A DNA stretch of 64,000 bases from an uncultured Pelagibacteraceae bacterium (GTDB lineage Bacteria > Pseudomonadota > Alphaproteobacteria > Pelagibacterales > Pelagibacteraceae): the NCBI GenBank assembly GCA_902530455.1, contig CACAAD010000001.1, positions 11,386 to 75,385 of the forward strand, written 5' to 3'. The notes beneath the pieces were generated by a model. The model did not search any database. It saw only the letters and a list, made by a program, of their open reading frames with translations, and was not told where the DNA came from. Made by a program: the position numbers and the translations under genes. Below are positions 8,895 through 19,129 of the stretch, piece after piece; the first letter of the stretch is position 1; each line of letters starts with the position of its first letter.

Positions 8895-9686
8895 TTAATA
8901 TCCTTTATTGTCTGGACCTTTTTTAGAACCTTTCATTTTTTCTATTGTGGATTTGGCACCCGCACTCATGTGCCTCTGGTCTGACCCAATTGTTACAAAA
9001 TTAAATCCCGTCTCAATCATTTCTTTTGCATATTCAGGTGAAGCATTATGTACTCCCGCAAATAATTTGTGTTTTTTGGCGTGTTTAAGGATGTTTAAAA
9101 TTTCTGAATGTGTTTTGGATCCCTTAGGGTTATCGAAACCTGGTTTTTGGCCAATAGCTAAGCTTAGGTCAGCTGGTCCGATATAAATGCCATCTAAATT
9201 TGGAGTAGACATAATTTCATCTAAATTTTTCAAAGCCTCGCTGGTTTCAATCATTGCTAATTTAAGTATCTCATCATTAGCATGTGATCCATAGTCTTGT
9301 CCGCCATATAATAATCCTCTTATCGGTCCAAAACTTCTGTAACCTTTAGGAGGGTATAAACAGGCTTGAACAAAATTTTCAGCTTCTTTTCTATTGCTTA
9401 CCATTGGACAAATAATTCCATAACAGCCTGCGTCAAGAATTTTCATTATTTGCCCAGGTTCGTTCCAATTGACTCTAGCGAGAGGTGTTGTTTCGGTAGT
9501 TGAAATTGCTTGTAACATTTGTAAAGCGTTTGGATAATCAATTACACCATGCTGCATATCCAAAGTGAGAGAGTCCCAGCCTTGTTGAGCCATTACTTCT
9601 GCTGAAAATGAGCTTGGAATTTGTAGCCAACCATTGACAACGGGTCGACCTTTTTTCATCATTTTTTTTATTTTGTTTTCTCTCAT
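8895..9686 (-). CDS. HpcH/HpaI family class II pyruvate aldolase
   Basis: LDMQHG, LDAGCYGIICPMV, YPPKGYRS, MIET and YIGPADL motifs. Confidence 0.9.
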   Translation of the reverse strand: MRENKIKKMMKKGRPVVNGWLQIPSSFSAEVMAQQGWDSLTLDMQHGVIDYPNALQMLQAISTTETTPLARVNWNEPGQIMKILDAGCYGIICPMVSNRKEAENFVQACLYPPKGYRSFGPIRGLLYGGQDYGSHANDEILKLAMIETSEALKNLDEIMSTPNLDGIYIGPADLSLAIGQKPGFDNPKGSKTHSEILNILKHAKKHKLFAGVHNASPEYAKEMIETGFNFVTIGSDQRHMSAGAKSTIEKMKGSKKGPDNKGY

Positions 9687-11131
9687 TACTCGTAATGAAC
9701 ACCTAAGTGAGTGTACTTGATATTTAGATAATCCTTAATTGCCATTGAACCACCTTCTCTTCCGTAACCAGTTTGTTTTATACCTCCGAATGGAGCCTCT
9801 GCTACTGCAACAACGGGAGTATTCACAGCAACAGTTCCACTTTCCATTAATTCTGAAGCTTTGTTAGCTTTCTTCATATCATTTGTATAAATATAGCTTG
9901 CTAGACCAAGTTCATTATTATTTGCCCTTTCAACAATTTCGTCAAAATTTTTAAAAGTTAAAATTGGAACGAGTGGTCCAAAAGGCTCTTGCTTCATAAT
10001 TGTGTAATCATCTTTCACATTGTCAAATATTGTTGGTTCATAAAAATACCCTTTATTAAATCCTGCAGGTCTTTTTCCACCACACAATACATTTGCACCT
10101 TCTTTTTTTGTTGTTTCAACAAGGCTTTCAATTTCCTCTAGTCTTTTTTTCGTGGTTAAAGGTCCTAAAACTGTCCCTTTGTCCATACCATTTCCAATTT
10201 TAAGTTTTTTCGTTTTTTCTAACATCAATTTAGTAAAATCAGTTTTTTTGCTTTCGTGAATATAAAATCTTCCAGGGGATATACAAACTTGACCATTATT
10301 TCTAAATTTTGCTGTGATCGCCATATCAGTAACTTTATTAATATCTACATCATCAAAAACAATAAAAGGTGAATGTCCGCTTAATTCCATTGTTACTCTC
10401 TGAACCTTATCAGCAGCTTTTTTTAAAATAAGTTTACCAACTCTAGTAGATCCTGTTATCGAAACTTTTTTTATGATATCAGAAGATAATAACTTATCTG
10501 AAATGTACGCAGGATCACCAGATAATAAATTAATTACACCTGGAGGTACACCAGCTTCTTTACAAATCTCAACCAATTGCATTACTGAACCTGGAGTTAT
10601 TACATCAGGTTTAACAATTACCGAGCACCCCGCAGCTAACGCTGTAGAAATTTTTCGCGATGCTAAAATTATTGGGAAATTCCATGGAACTAATGCTGCT
10701 ACTACACCAACTGGTTGATAGTAAACATGTATTCTAGTATTTGGAAATCTGCTTTGTAAAGTTTCACCATAAATTCTTTTTGTTTCTTCTGAATTCCATT
10801 CAAAAATATCAGCAGCTCCTCCAACCTCACCCGCTCCTTCAGTTAACGGTTTGCCAACTTCTAATGTTAACCATTTTGATAAAATATCTACATTTTTTCT
10901 AATTAATTCTGAAATTTTTCTTATAATTTTTGCTCTTTCCCAAGGTGATGTGTTTTTCCAAATTTCAAGACCTTTTTCAGCAGATTTTAATGCAAGTTCA
11001 ATATCTTTATTGTCGGCTTTAGATGCTTTTCCAATTATTTCCTCTGTTGCCGGATTTAAAACTTCGTATGTTTCACCGCTAGAGGATTTTTGCCATTTGC
11101 CATCTATAAATTGACCAAATTTTTCGTACAT
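9686..11131 (-). CDS. NAD(P)-dependent semialdehyde dehydrogenase (SSADH/KGSADH type)
   Basis: PWNFP, TGSTRVG, MELSG, GQVC (catalytic Cys), EPFGP and PFGGIKQTGYGREG motifs. Confidence 0.9.
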   Translation of the reverse strand: MYEKFGQFIDGKWQKSSSGETYEVLNPATEEIIGKASKADNKDIELALKSAEKGLEIWKNTSPWERAKIIRKISELIRKNVDILSKWLTLEVGKPLTEGAGEVGGAADIFEWNSEETKRIYGETLQSRFPNTRIHVYYQPVGVVAALVPWNFPIILASRKISTALAAGCSVIVKPDVITPGSVMQLVEICKEAGVPPGVINLLSGDPAYISDKLLSSDIIKKVSITGSTRVGKLILKKAADKVQRVTMELSGHSPFIVFDDVDINKVTDMAITAKFRNNGQVCISPGRFYIHESKKTDFTKLMLEKTKKLKIGNGMDKGTVLGPLTTKKRLEEIESLVETTKKEGANVLCGGKRPAGFNKGYFYEPTIFDNVKDDYTIMKQEPFGPLVPILTFKNFDEIVERANNNELGLASYIYTNDMKKANKASELMESGTVAVNTPVVAVAEAPFGGIKQTGYGREGGSMAIKDYLNIKYTHLGVHYE

Positions 11132-11181
11132 AATAAATTCGTTGAAAACGAGAGTATATTTAATTAGGTTATAAAGAATTT

Positions 11182-13026
11182 ATGAAAAATATTCAACTTA
11201 CTTGCGCTCAAGCAATAGTTAAGTTTCTCATCAAACAAAAAATATTGATTAATGGAAAAAAAGAGCCCTTATTTCCAGGTGTATTTGGAATTTTTGGACA
11301 TGGGAATGTAGCTTGTTTAGGTCAAGCATTAGAAGAAAATCAAAAAACACTTCCTACTTGGAGAGGTCATCATGAACAAAATATGGCATTAACAGGTATT
11401 GCTTATTCTAGAGCTAAAAGAAGACAGCAAATTTTTATCGCTACTAGTTCGGTTGGCCCAGGTTCTACAAATATGATTACAGCAGCCGCAGTTGCAATGA
11501 GCAATAGACTTCCAATTTTATTTTTACCAGGTGATACTTTTGCAAATAGAATGCCGGACCCTGTTTTGCAGCAAGTTGAACATTTTGGAAACCCTGGGAC
11601 TACACAAAACGATGGATTTAAATCTGTAGTAAGATATTTTGATAGAATAACCAGACCTGAACAAATTATTTCAACCTTTCCCCAGGCTATTGAAGTTATG
11701 CTCGATCCTGCTGATTGTGGCCCTGCATGTATTTCATTAAGCCAGGATGTCCAAGGTGAAACTTTTGACTACCCCGAGGAGTTTTTTAATGAGAGAATTC
11801 ATGCAATTAGAAGACCTAGACCTGATGATTTTCAAATAAAAAAAGCTGTAGATGTTATTAAAAAATCCAAATCACCTTTAATTATTTCAGGTGGTGGTGT
11901 TTTTTATTCAGATGCCATGGACGAATTATCAAATTTTGCAAAGAAGCATAATATTCCCGTAACACAAACTGTGATGGGTTATTCGACGATGAAAAGAGAT
12001 CACACTCATTTCCTTGGTCCCATAGGAGGTCTAGGCGGCAAGGCAGCTAATAATATGGCAAAAAAAACAGATTTAGCTATAGCAATCGGAACCAAGCTCG
12101 CAGACTTTACAACAGGATCCTGGGCAAATTTCGAAAATCAAAATTTTAAATTAGTAACAATTAACACAGCTAGATTTGACGCCAATAAACATATGGCTCA
12201 AGCTATAGTTGGTGATGCAAAAGTTTCTTTAAACGATTTATCCATAGCCCTTGGCAACTGGAAAGCAGATGAAAGTTGGAATAAAAAAGCTCAAGCGGAA
12301 TTAAAAAGTTGGAATGAATATGTAGATAAAGAAAGTGGACCAACTAATCAAAAATTACCTAGCTACGCACAAGCTGTTGGGGCAATATATAGAAATTCTG
12401 AACCATCTGACATAGCAGTCACAGCAGCCGGAGGTTTAGTTGGTGAAGTTGTTCAAGTATGGAGACCCAGAGAACTTAATACTCATGAAACTGAATGGGG
12501 TTTTAGTTGTATGAGTTACGAGATATCAGGCGCTCTTGGAATAAAAATGGCCAACCCCGAAAAAGAAGTTATAGCATTTGTTGGTGATGGATCTTATTTG
12601 CTCTTCAATTCTGATATTTATAGCTCCGTAATAACTAACAACAAACTGATTATTATTGTTTGTGATAATGGAGGACACGCTGTTATTAATAGGCTTCAGT
12701 TGTATAAAGGTGGTAAAGAATTTAATTGTCTTTTAAAAAGCTCGAAAACTCCAAATTTAGTTCCTGTAAACTTCTCAGAACATGCTAAAAGCATGGGTGC
12801 GAATGGTGAGCATGTAAAATCTATCTCAGATCTTGAAGAAGCTTTTAAAAGAGCTAAAAAATCTAAAAAGACATATGTAATAAGTATACATACAGATGGT
12901 TATCAATGGTTAGAAGGATCAGCCTATTGGGAAAGCCCAACCTTATCTTTGCCCACAACAAAAGAAAATGAAAAAGCTTTAAAAGAACACCTTGAGGGTA
13001 AAAAAAAACAAAGAAAAGGTGTTTAA
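11182..13026 (+). CDS. iolD: 3D-(3,5/4)-trihydroxycyclohexane-1,2-dione acylhydrolase (decyclizing)
   Basis: GIFGHGNV, PDPVLQQVE, GFSCMSYEI and the TPP-binding GDGS...N motif. Confidence 0.95.
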   Translation: MKNIQLTCAQAIVKFLIKQKILINGKKEPLFPGVFGIFGHGNVACLGQALEENQKTLPTWRGHHEQNMALTGIAYSRAKRRQQIFIATSSVGPGSTNMITAAAVAMSNRLPILFLPGDTFANRMPDPVLQQVEHFGNPGTTQNDGFKSVVRYFDRITRPEQIISTFPQAIEVMLDPADCGPACISLSQDVQGETFDYPEEFFNERIHAIRRPRPDDFQIKKAVDVIKKSKSPLIISGGGVFYSDAMDELSNFAKKHNIPVTQTVMGYSTMKRDHTHFLGPIGGLGGKAANNMAKKTDLAIAIGTKLADFTTGSWANFENQNFKLVTINTARFDANKHMAQAIVGDAKVSLNDLSIALGNWKADESWNKKAQAELKSWNEYVDKESGPTNQKLPSYAQAVGAIYRNSEPSDIAVTAAGGLVGEVVQVWRPRELNTHETEWGFSCMSYEISGALGIKMANPEKEVIAFVGDGSYLLFNSDIYSSVITNNKLIIIVCDNGGHAVINRLQLYKGGKEFNCLLKSSKTPNLVPVNFSEHAKSMGANGEHVKSISDLEEAFKRAKKSKKTYVISIHTDGYQWLEGSAYWESPTLSLPTTKENEKALKEHLEGKKKQRKGV

Positions 13027-13031
13027 AATAG

Positions 13032-14189
13032 ATGAAGAAAATTTTTAATGTAGGCCTGATAGGCTGCGGTCATATAGCCGAGACATATTTTAGGGCACAT
13101 AAATATTTTAATAATTTTAAAATAATAAAATGTGCTGATATCAACAACAAAGCTGCAATTAAATGTGCTAAAGAGAATAGAATTAAAGCTGTTTCAATAA
13201 AAGAGTTATTAAATGATAAAAATATAAAAGTAATTTTAAATTTAACAGTTCCAACAGCTCATTATTCTGTTGCAAAACTTGCTCTTACACATGGTAAGCA
13301 TGTTTACTCAGAAAAACCTTTAGCAATAAATCTATCTGATGGAATAAAATTAATTAAATTAGCAAGAAAAAAGAAATTGTATGTTGGAAATGCACCAGAT
13401 ACATTTTTGGGTGGCGGCATTCAGAAATCAAGAGAGCTTTTAGATAAAAAAACTATTGGTAAGGTTAAATTTGGAAATGCAATTTTTGCGTACCCAGGTG
13501 TCCAATCTTATCATCCAAACCCTGAACCGTGGTTTGCAAAAAAAGGTGGTGGTCCTGTAATAGATATGGGCCCATATTATTTAACTGCTTTAGTAAACTT
13601 ATTAGGCCCGGCAAAAGAAGTTTTTAGTCAATCCGAAAAAGGTAAATCAAAAAGAGTTATTGGCATTGGCCCTAAGAAAGGTAAAAAGTTTAAAGTGCAA
13701 TGCCCAACAACTTATTTTTCAACAATTAAATTTTTAAATGGAACTATTATCAGACTAACACTTTCTTTCGATGTAATTTCACATTTAAGAAATCATATTG
13801 AATTATATGGTAATAAGGGATCAATGATTGTTCCTGACCCAAATATGTTTGGTGGATCAGTTTTAATTAGTAAAAAATTAGGAAGTTCATGGAAAAATTT
13901 TAAGACAAATCAAATGACTCTTGGAAAAATTAATATTAGAACACAAAGTTCACGAGCTAATGAGTCACCGACTAATGCTAATTATAGAGGTGTAGGATTG
14001 TCTGAGATGATAAGTTCTATTCAAAAAAAGAAATTGCATAAATGTAACGGAAATCTATCTTTACATGTGTTAAGCATCATAGATGCAATACACAATTCTG
14101 CAAAAAAAGGAAAAAAAGTTAAAATAAATCAGTTATGCGATAGACCTAGTGTTTTCTCTAAGAAAGAGATTAAAAATATTATTAAATAA
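13032..14189 (+). CDS. Gfo/Idh/MocA family oxidoreductase
   Basis: GLIGCGHI, GKHVYSEKPL, APDTFLG and GGGPVIDMGPYY motifs. Confidence 0.9.
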   Translation: MKKIFNVGLIGCGHIAETYFRAHKYFNNFKIIKCADINNKAAIKCAKENRIKAVSIKELLNDKNIKVILNLTVPTAHYSVAKLALTHGKHVYSEKPLAINLSDGIKLIKLARKKKLYVGNAPDTFLGGGIQKSRELLDKKTIGKVKFGNAIFAYPGVQSYHPNPEPWFAKKGGGPVIDMGPYYLTALVNLLGPAKEVFSQSEKGKSKRVIGIGPKKGKKFKVQCPTTYFSTIKFLNGTIIRLTLSFDVISHLRNHIELYGNKGSMIVPDPNMFGGSVLISKKLGSSWKNFKTNQMTLGKINIRTQSSRANESPTNANYRGVGLSEMISSIQKKKLHKCNGNLSLHVLSIIDAIHNSAKKGKKVKINQLCDRPSVFSKKEIKNIIK

Positions 14190-15066
14190 GATTATCTCTT
14201 GCTAAAAACGCTGCACCTCTAACTCCACTCGCATCACCATGAGCAGGATGACTAAATATTGTATGCAATTTTTTAACTTCAAGATATTTTAATACAATAT
14301 TTTTAATTTCGTCTAAATTTTTAATTTCGTTTGATAAACCACCACCAAAAACAATTATTTCAGGATCAATAATATTTATTAATGAGGCTAAAGAGCGTGC
14401 GAGTCTATTTTTAAAAGATAATATAAATTTTTTATTATTCTTATCATTTAAAATTTGATGAGCACTTTTTTTAGAATTTTTTTTGCTTTTATATAAATTT
14501 TCTAGTCCCTTTCCTGATATAAATTGTTGAGATGTAAATTTATAATCATATTTAACCTTAGTTTTTTTTTCATCTAATCCATAACCAGGTAAAAAATTAT
14601 GACCCCATTCACCAGCTATATGATTTGCCCCACGTATTATTTTTTTATTTATTACATATCCACCACCTGTACCAGAACCAAGAATTATTCCAAAAACTGA
14701 ACTATAATCTTTTGCTACACCATCAATTGACTCCGATAAAGCAAAACAGTTTGCATCGTTTTCGAATTTTAATTTATTTGGAATCAATGCTGATAAGTCG
14801 TGCTTAATCTTTTTATTTTTAATACATTTTAAGTTATATGTATTAAAAACTTTACCTTTTGAGTCTATGGACCCTGGGTGGCAGATACCTACATTTAAAT
14901 TTTGATTATATTTCGTTGATAAACTTTTAATGATAGATGAAATTGTTTCTAAGAGTTTTTTATAATTACTTGGTGTAATTTCTCTTTGTCTAACTATTTC
15001 TGAATTATTACTATCTAGAATAATATATTCAATCTTAGTAGCACCTAAATCTATACCTATTTGCAT
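14182..15066 (-). CDS. ROK family sugar kinase (Mak-like)
   Basis: GIDLGATK, ENDANCFALSE, GIILGSGTGGG, AGEWGH and GDASGVRGAA motifs; no N-terminal HTH. Confidence 0.9.
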   Translation of the reverse strand: MQIGIDLGATKIEYIILDSNNSEIVRQREITPSNYKKLLETISSIIKSLSTKYNQNLNVGICHPGSIDSKGKVFNTYNLKCIKNKKIKHDLSALIPNKLKFENDANCFALSESIDGVAKDYSSVFGIILGSGTGGGYVINKKIIRGANHIAGEWGHNFLPGYGLDEKKTKVKYDYKFTSQQFISGKGLENLYKSKKNSKKSAHQILNDKNNKKFILSFKNRLARSLASLINIIDPEIIVFGGGLSNEIKNLDEIKNIVLKYLEVKKLHTIFSHPAHGDASGVRGAAFLARDNLI

Positions 15067-15068
15067 TT

Positions 15069-15860
15069 CTACGTAGAAATTCTATTCATTTCTTTAAGTT
15101 CAACTTCTAATTTATCAAGCTCTTCTCCGCCAGCCATCATACTCAGAAGTTTTTCTCTGGAAATATCTTTCTTTTCATATGTTCCTAAACTTTTACCTCG
15201 ATTGAGAACTGTAAAACTATTTCCTACTGGATAAGCGTGATGTACGTTATGTGTTATTAAAATTACCGCTAAACCTTGTGATGCAGCTTTAACTATATAT
15301 TTTAACACTACTGATGCTTGATGAACTCCTAATGCAGAAGTAGGCTCATCGAGAATTAAGACCTTAGCCCCAAAGTATATAGCTCTACTAATAGCAAGAC
15401 ATTGTCTTTCTCCACCAGACATAGTTCCAACTGCTTGTGATGGGTCCCTTATATCGATACCTATTTGTCCCATTCTTTCTGCAGCAATTTTATTTGCCTT
15501 TTTTATGTCAAAAGTTTTAAAAAAAGGAGGTCCTTTTAAAGGTTCCCTGCCCATAAAGAAATTTCTTGTAACACTCATTAAGGAAACCAAAGCTAAATCT
15601 TGATAAACCGTAGCAATACCTATATCCAAAGCTTCTTTCGGACTATCAAAAATTATTTTTTCTCCTTCAAATATAATTTCTCCCTCGTCAGGTTTGTGGA
15701 CCCCTGCAAGTGTTTTGATTAAAGTGGATTTACCTGCTCCATTATCTCCTAGCAAACACATAATTTCACCCTTACGAAGTTTCATAGTAACGTTTTTAAG
15801 CGCAATTACTTTGCCAAAAAATTTACTGATATTATTAAATTGAACTAAATATTCAGACAT
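15069..15860 (-). CDS. Sugar (inositol) ABC transporter ATP-binding protein
   Basis: [16 protein letters not shown] and ILDEPT motifs. Confidence 0.92.
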   Translation of the reverse strand: MSEYLVQFNNISKFFGKVIALKNVTMKLRKGEIMCLLGDNGAGKSTLIKTLAGVHKPDEGEIIFEGEKIIFDSPKEALDIGIATVYQDLALVSLMSVTRNFFMGREPLKGPPFFKTFDIKKANKIAAERMGQIGIDIRDPSQAVGTMSGGERQCLAISRAIYFGAKVLILDEPTSALGVHQASVVLKYIVKAASQGLAVILITHNVHHAYPVGNSFTVLNRGKSLGTYEKKDISREKLLSMMAGGEELDKLEVELKEMNRIST

Positions 15861-16987
15861 TATTTGCTTTCTGTTACCTTTTTCCTTATATAATTATTAA
15901 ATATTACGGCTATTAACATCATTGCACCTAAAAATACTTTAAACCAATCTGTATCAACGTCAGTATAAAAAATTCCCATAGATACAGTTCCAAAAATTAT
16001 AGCGCCAAATGCAGCACCAATGGCAGATCCGTATCCACCTGTTAGTAAACATCCACCTACAACTGCAGCCGCAATAGCCTCTAACTCTTTTAAGGTTCCT
16101 CGCATAGTATCTGCAGAACCAGCATCTAAAACTTGAATAGTTGCAAATATTGTTGCTGCTACAGCTGTGCCAATGAACAAACTTATTTTTACTCTTCCAA
16201 CTGGAACACCTACATTATTTGCTCCATTTTTATCTCCACCAGAAGCAAATATCCAATTTCCATATCTTGTTTTCATAAGTATCCAAGTAGTTAAAATTGC
16301 AAGAGCTATAAACCAAATAACCGATGGAGGTATACCAGTTGCTAAAGGAGTTCCATCAGTTCTTAAAGCTATTAAATTCATTGAACCAAGCCATGTAAAG
16401 AGCCACTTAAATGAGTCTGTAGCAAAAATCCAAGCTATTGGATCATTTTCAATTAAAACTCTTAGTCCGGGTACTTGAGTACGCCCAGTAATCAATCTTG
16501 TTAATGCTAATGTTGCTCCCCTTAAGATAAATAACATTGCAAGAGTAACTATAAAGGAGGGCAAACCTGTTCTAACAACGAGTATTCCATTAAAATAACC
16601 GACTAAAACTGCCATCGAAAAAGCAAATATAATACTCATCCATAAAGGCCACCCCCAATAGATAGCTGGAATAGCTATACAAATCCCTGCGAAACCAATC
16701 ATTGAACCTATAGATAAGTCAAACTCTCCACCAATCATTAGCATCGCTGCAGCGATAGCAATAATCCCAAGATTAGCAGATACATCTAAAAAATTTAGAA
16801 TTCCATAAGCACTAAACATTCCAGTATCGCCTGCAACAATACCAAAAAAAATAAAGACTAAAATTGCACCACCTAAAGCACCTAATTCAGGTCTGTTTAA
16901 TAAAACTTTGAACTTTGAAACCTTTTTAAGCCTATCGTCCTGATTGAAATCAGTTTTACTTTCTATACTTTTTGACTTTGTAGACAT
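15860..16987 (-). CDS. Sugar (inositol) ABC transporter permease
   Basis: [17 protein letters not shown] and [15 protein letters not shown]_transp_2 motifs. Confidence 0.92.
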   Translation of the reverse strand: MSTKSKSIESKTDFNQDDRLKKVSKFKVLLNRPELGALGGAILVFIFFGIVAGDTGMFSAYGILNFLDVSANLGIIAIAAAMLMIGGEFDLSIGSMIGFAGICIAIPAIYWGWPLWMSIIFAFSMAVLVGYFNGILVVRTGLPSFIVTLAMLFILRGATLALTRLITGRTQVPGLRVLIENDPIAWIFATDSFKWLFTWLGSMNLIALRTDGTPLATGIPPSVIWFIALAILTTWILMKTRYGNWIFASGGDKNGANNVGVPVGRVKISLFIGTAVAATIFATIQVLDAGSADTMRGTLKELEAIAAAVVGGCLLTGGYGSAIGAAFGAIIFGTVSMGIFYTDVDTDWFKVFLGAMMLIAVIFNNYIRKKVTESK

Positions 16988-16997
16988 AATAAAAACT

Positions 16998-17035
16998 AAA
17001 AAAAAAGGCCTAGTGAAAATTCACCAGGCCTTTTT
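16998..17035 (-). terminator. Intrinsic terminator / mRNA-stabilising hairpin after the SBP gene
   Basis: Minus strand AAAAAGGCCTGGTGAA-TT-TTCACTAGGCC followed by a T run. Confidence 0.85.
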
Positions 17036-17043
17036 GATATATT

Positions 17044-17967
17044 TTATCTATAACCTTGAGCAGCCCATTTAATTACACTCTTAGCATTTTTAGGTGTAAC
17101 AAAACCAGGTCCTGTCATAACTACACCAGCTGGCATAGTTCCGTATCTCATATATTGAGAAAAGATTGCTATAGGTAAATAACCTTGTAAGTACTGTTGT
17201 TGGTCAATTAAGAACTCAACTTTTCCAGCGGCAGCAGCTTTTAGCATACCTGGAGACATATCAAATGTTCCAAGCTTAATGCTTCCAACTTTACCAGCTG
17301 ACTCTAATGCTTTAAGAGCAGCTTCACCTGCTAGACCAGCTCCTAAAGTAAGAATAGTGTCATATCCACCACCTAACTTAGCAGCAACAGCTTTTTGAAT
17401 TTCAGTTGGGTCATTAGACGTTCCTAATATATCTACAGAACCTCCAAAACCTTTTTTGAAACCAGCACATCTTCTATCTAAAGCAACGTTACCAACCTCA
17501 TGGTTAACACATAATGCTTTTTTTCCACCAGCGGCTTTCATTTTTTGTCCGCCACCTACTCCTGCTTCAAATTCGGTTTGACCTACGTGAGCACTAATAC
17601 CAAGTTTCATGTAGTCATCTGAACCAGAGTTCATAGAGATTACTGGAATACCAGCAGATATTGCAGCTTTAACAGATTTACCTAAAGCGGCAGCATCTGG
17701 CAAAGTTATAACGATACCTTTTGGTTTTTGAGAAACGGCGTTATCAATTAGTTTAGCCATTTCAACCATATCGAATGTTGCTGGAGCAGTATATTTGCAA
17801 GATACTTTCATATCTTTACAAGCTTTATCTACACCATTTTTTGCAACTGACCAGAAAGGGTCATTAGCTTGCCCGTGTGACACAACGATAATATCTACTG
17901 CTAATGCAGCAACAGATGTCATCGCCCATGTTAAAAGAGCAGCAATTGTTAAGTATACTTTTTTCAT
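17044..17967 (-). CDS. Sugar (probably myo-inositol) ABC transporter substrate-binding protein
   Basis: Signal peptide; DPFWSV and IDQQQYLQGY motifs; lies within the iol cluster. Confidence 0.9.
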   Translation of the reverse strand: MKKVYLTIAALLTWAMTSVAALAVDIIVVSHGQANDPFWSVAKNGVDKACKDMKVSCKYTAPATFDMVEMAKLIDNAVSQKPKGIVITLPDAAALGKSVKAAISAGIPVISMNSGSDDYMKLGISAHVGQTEFEAGVGGGQKMKAAGGKKALCVNHEVGNVALDRRCAGFKKGFGGSVDILGTSNDPTEIQKAVAAKLGGGYDTILTLGAGLAGEAALKALESAGKVGSIKLGTFDMSPGMLKAAAAGKVEFLIDQQQYLQGYLPIAIFSQYMRYGTMPAGVVMTGPGFVTPKNAKSVIKWAAQGYR

Positions 17968-18082
17968 TATTATCCTCTTTTTGTTAATTAATTTGATCGC
18001 ATTAAAACAAATTATAGACGCAATATCAAAAAAAAATAATTTCTATACAACCTGTAGTATATCTAAAAAGCTTATATTTTAT

Positions 18083-19075
18083 TTAAACCTTAATGGTTCT
18101 CTTCAACCTTAATGATTTGTAAGCTGCATTTGCTAATTTTAAAGCAAAGTAACCATCTTCAAACGTTGATCTTGATTTAATTTTATTTTTATGAAGCGAG
18201 ATTAATTCTTTCAGTTGAATTTTGTACGCATCATTATATCGCTCAATAAAAAAATTTAAAAAAGGTTTTTGAGAGTTAGTTTGAAACGAGTTGAATAACT
18301 CAGTCGAATTTTCTTTTTTATTACCTGAAATTAACATTCCCTTTTTACCAAATAATTCAACTCTTTGATCGTAACCAAAAGAACAATGTCTTGAATTAGT
18401 AATAACGCAAATCACTCCTTTTTTTGATTTCATTGTAACAACAGCTAACTCATGATCTTTTATTCTTTTATAAAAAGGCATAAATGATGACGTAAAAGCA
18501 TGGATTTCATTAATTTCATCATTTCCTAGGTAAAATCTACATAAATCAAAATCGTGTATCATCATATCTCTAAAAATTCCTCCTGATGATTTCAAATAAG
18601 AAATTGCTGGTGGCGATGGATCTCTACTTGTAATAATTATTTTCTCTAGCTTCCCTATTTTATTTTTGATCAAGTCTTTTTTAATTGAAAAATGTCCTGG
18701 ATCATATCTTCTATTAAATCCTAATTGAATTTTAGGCTTAATTTTTTTAACTTTTCTTAAACTTTTAATTATTTTGTTAATATCTAAATCTAAAGGTTTT
18801 TCACAAAAAATTGTTTTTTTTCTCTTCATCCCTTCGTCGATAAATTTTATGTGAGTATTTGTAGAGCTTGAGATAAAAATAATATCTACATTCTTATCAT
18901 TAAAAATCTTTTTATAATTTTTTTCAATTTTACATCCATAAATTTTTTTAGCTTTTTTGCTTAGTTGATCAATTTTTTCATGAACGTATAATAATTTTAT
19001 TTCTTTATTTTTAGTAAGATTTTCTGCATGCATTTGACCTATGCGTCCAAATCCGAATAAAGCTACATTAATCAT
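18083..19075 (-). CDS. iolG: Inositol 2-dehydrogenase
   Basis: GFGRIG, CEKP, GFNRRYD, SRDP, SGGIFRDMMIHDFD and GYDQRVE motifs. Confidence 0.92.
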   Translation of the reverse strand: MINVALFGFGRIGQMHAENLTKNKEIKLLYVHEKIDQLSKKAKKIYGCKIEKNYKKIFNDKNVDIIFISSSTNTHIKFIDEGMKRKKTIFCEKPLDLDINKIIKSLRKVKKIKPKIQLGFNRRYDPGHFSIKKDLIKNKIGKLEKIIITSRDPSPPAISYLKSSGGIFRDMMIHDFDLCRFYLGNDEINEIHAFTSSFMPFYKRIKDHELAVVTMKSKKGVICVITNSRHCSFGYDQRVELFGKKGMLISGNKKENSTELFNSFQTNSQKPFLNFFIERYNDAYKIQLKELISLHKNKIKSRSTFEDGYFALKLANAAYKSLRLKRTIKV

Positions 19076-19129
19076 ATTTTTTGTATTAAGTTGATATTTG
19101 TAATATAAACTTAGTACTTTATTTAAATT

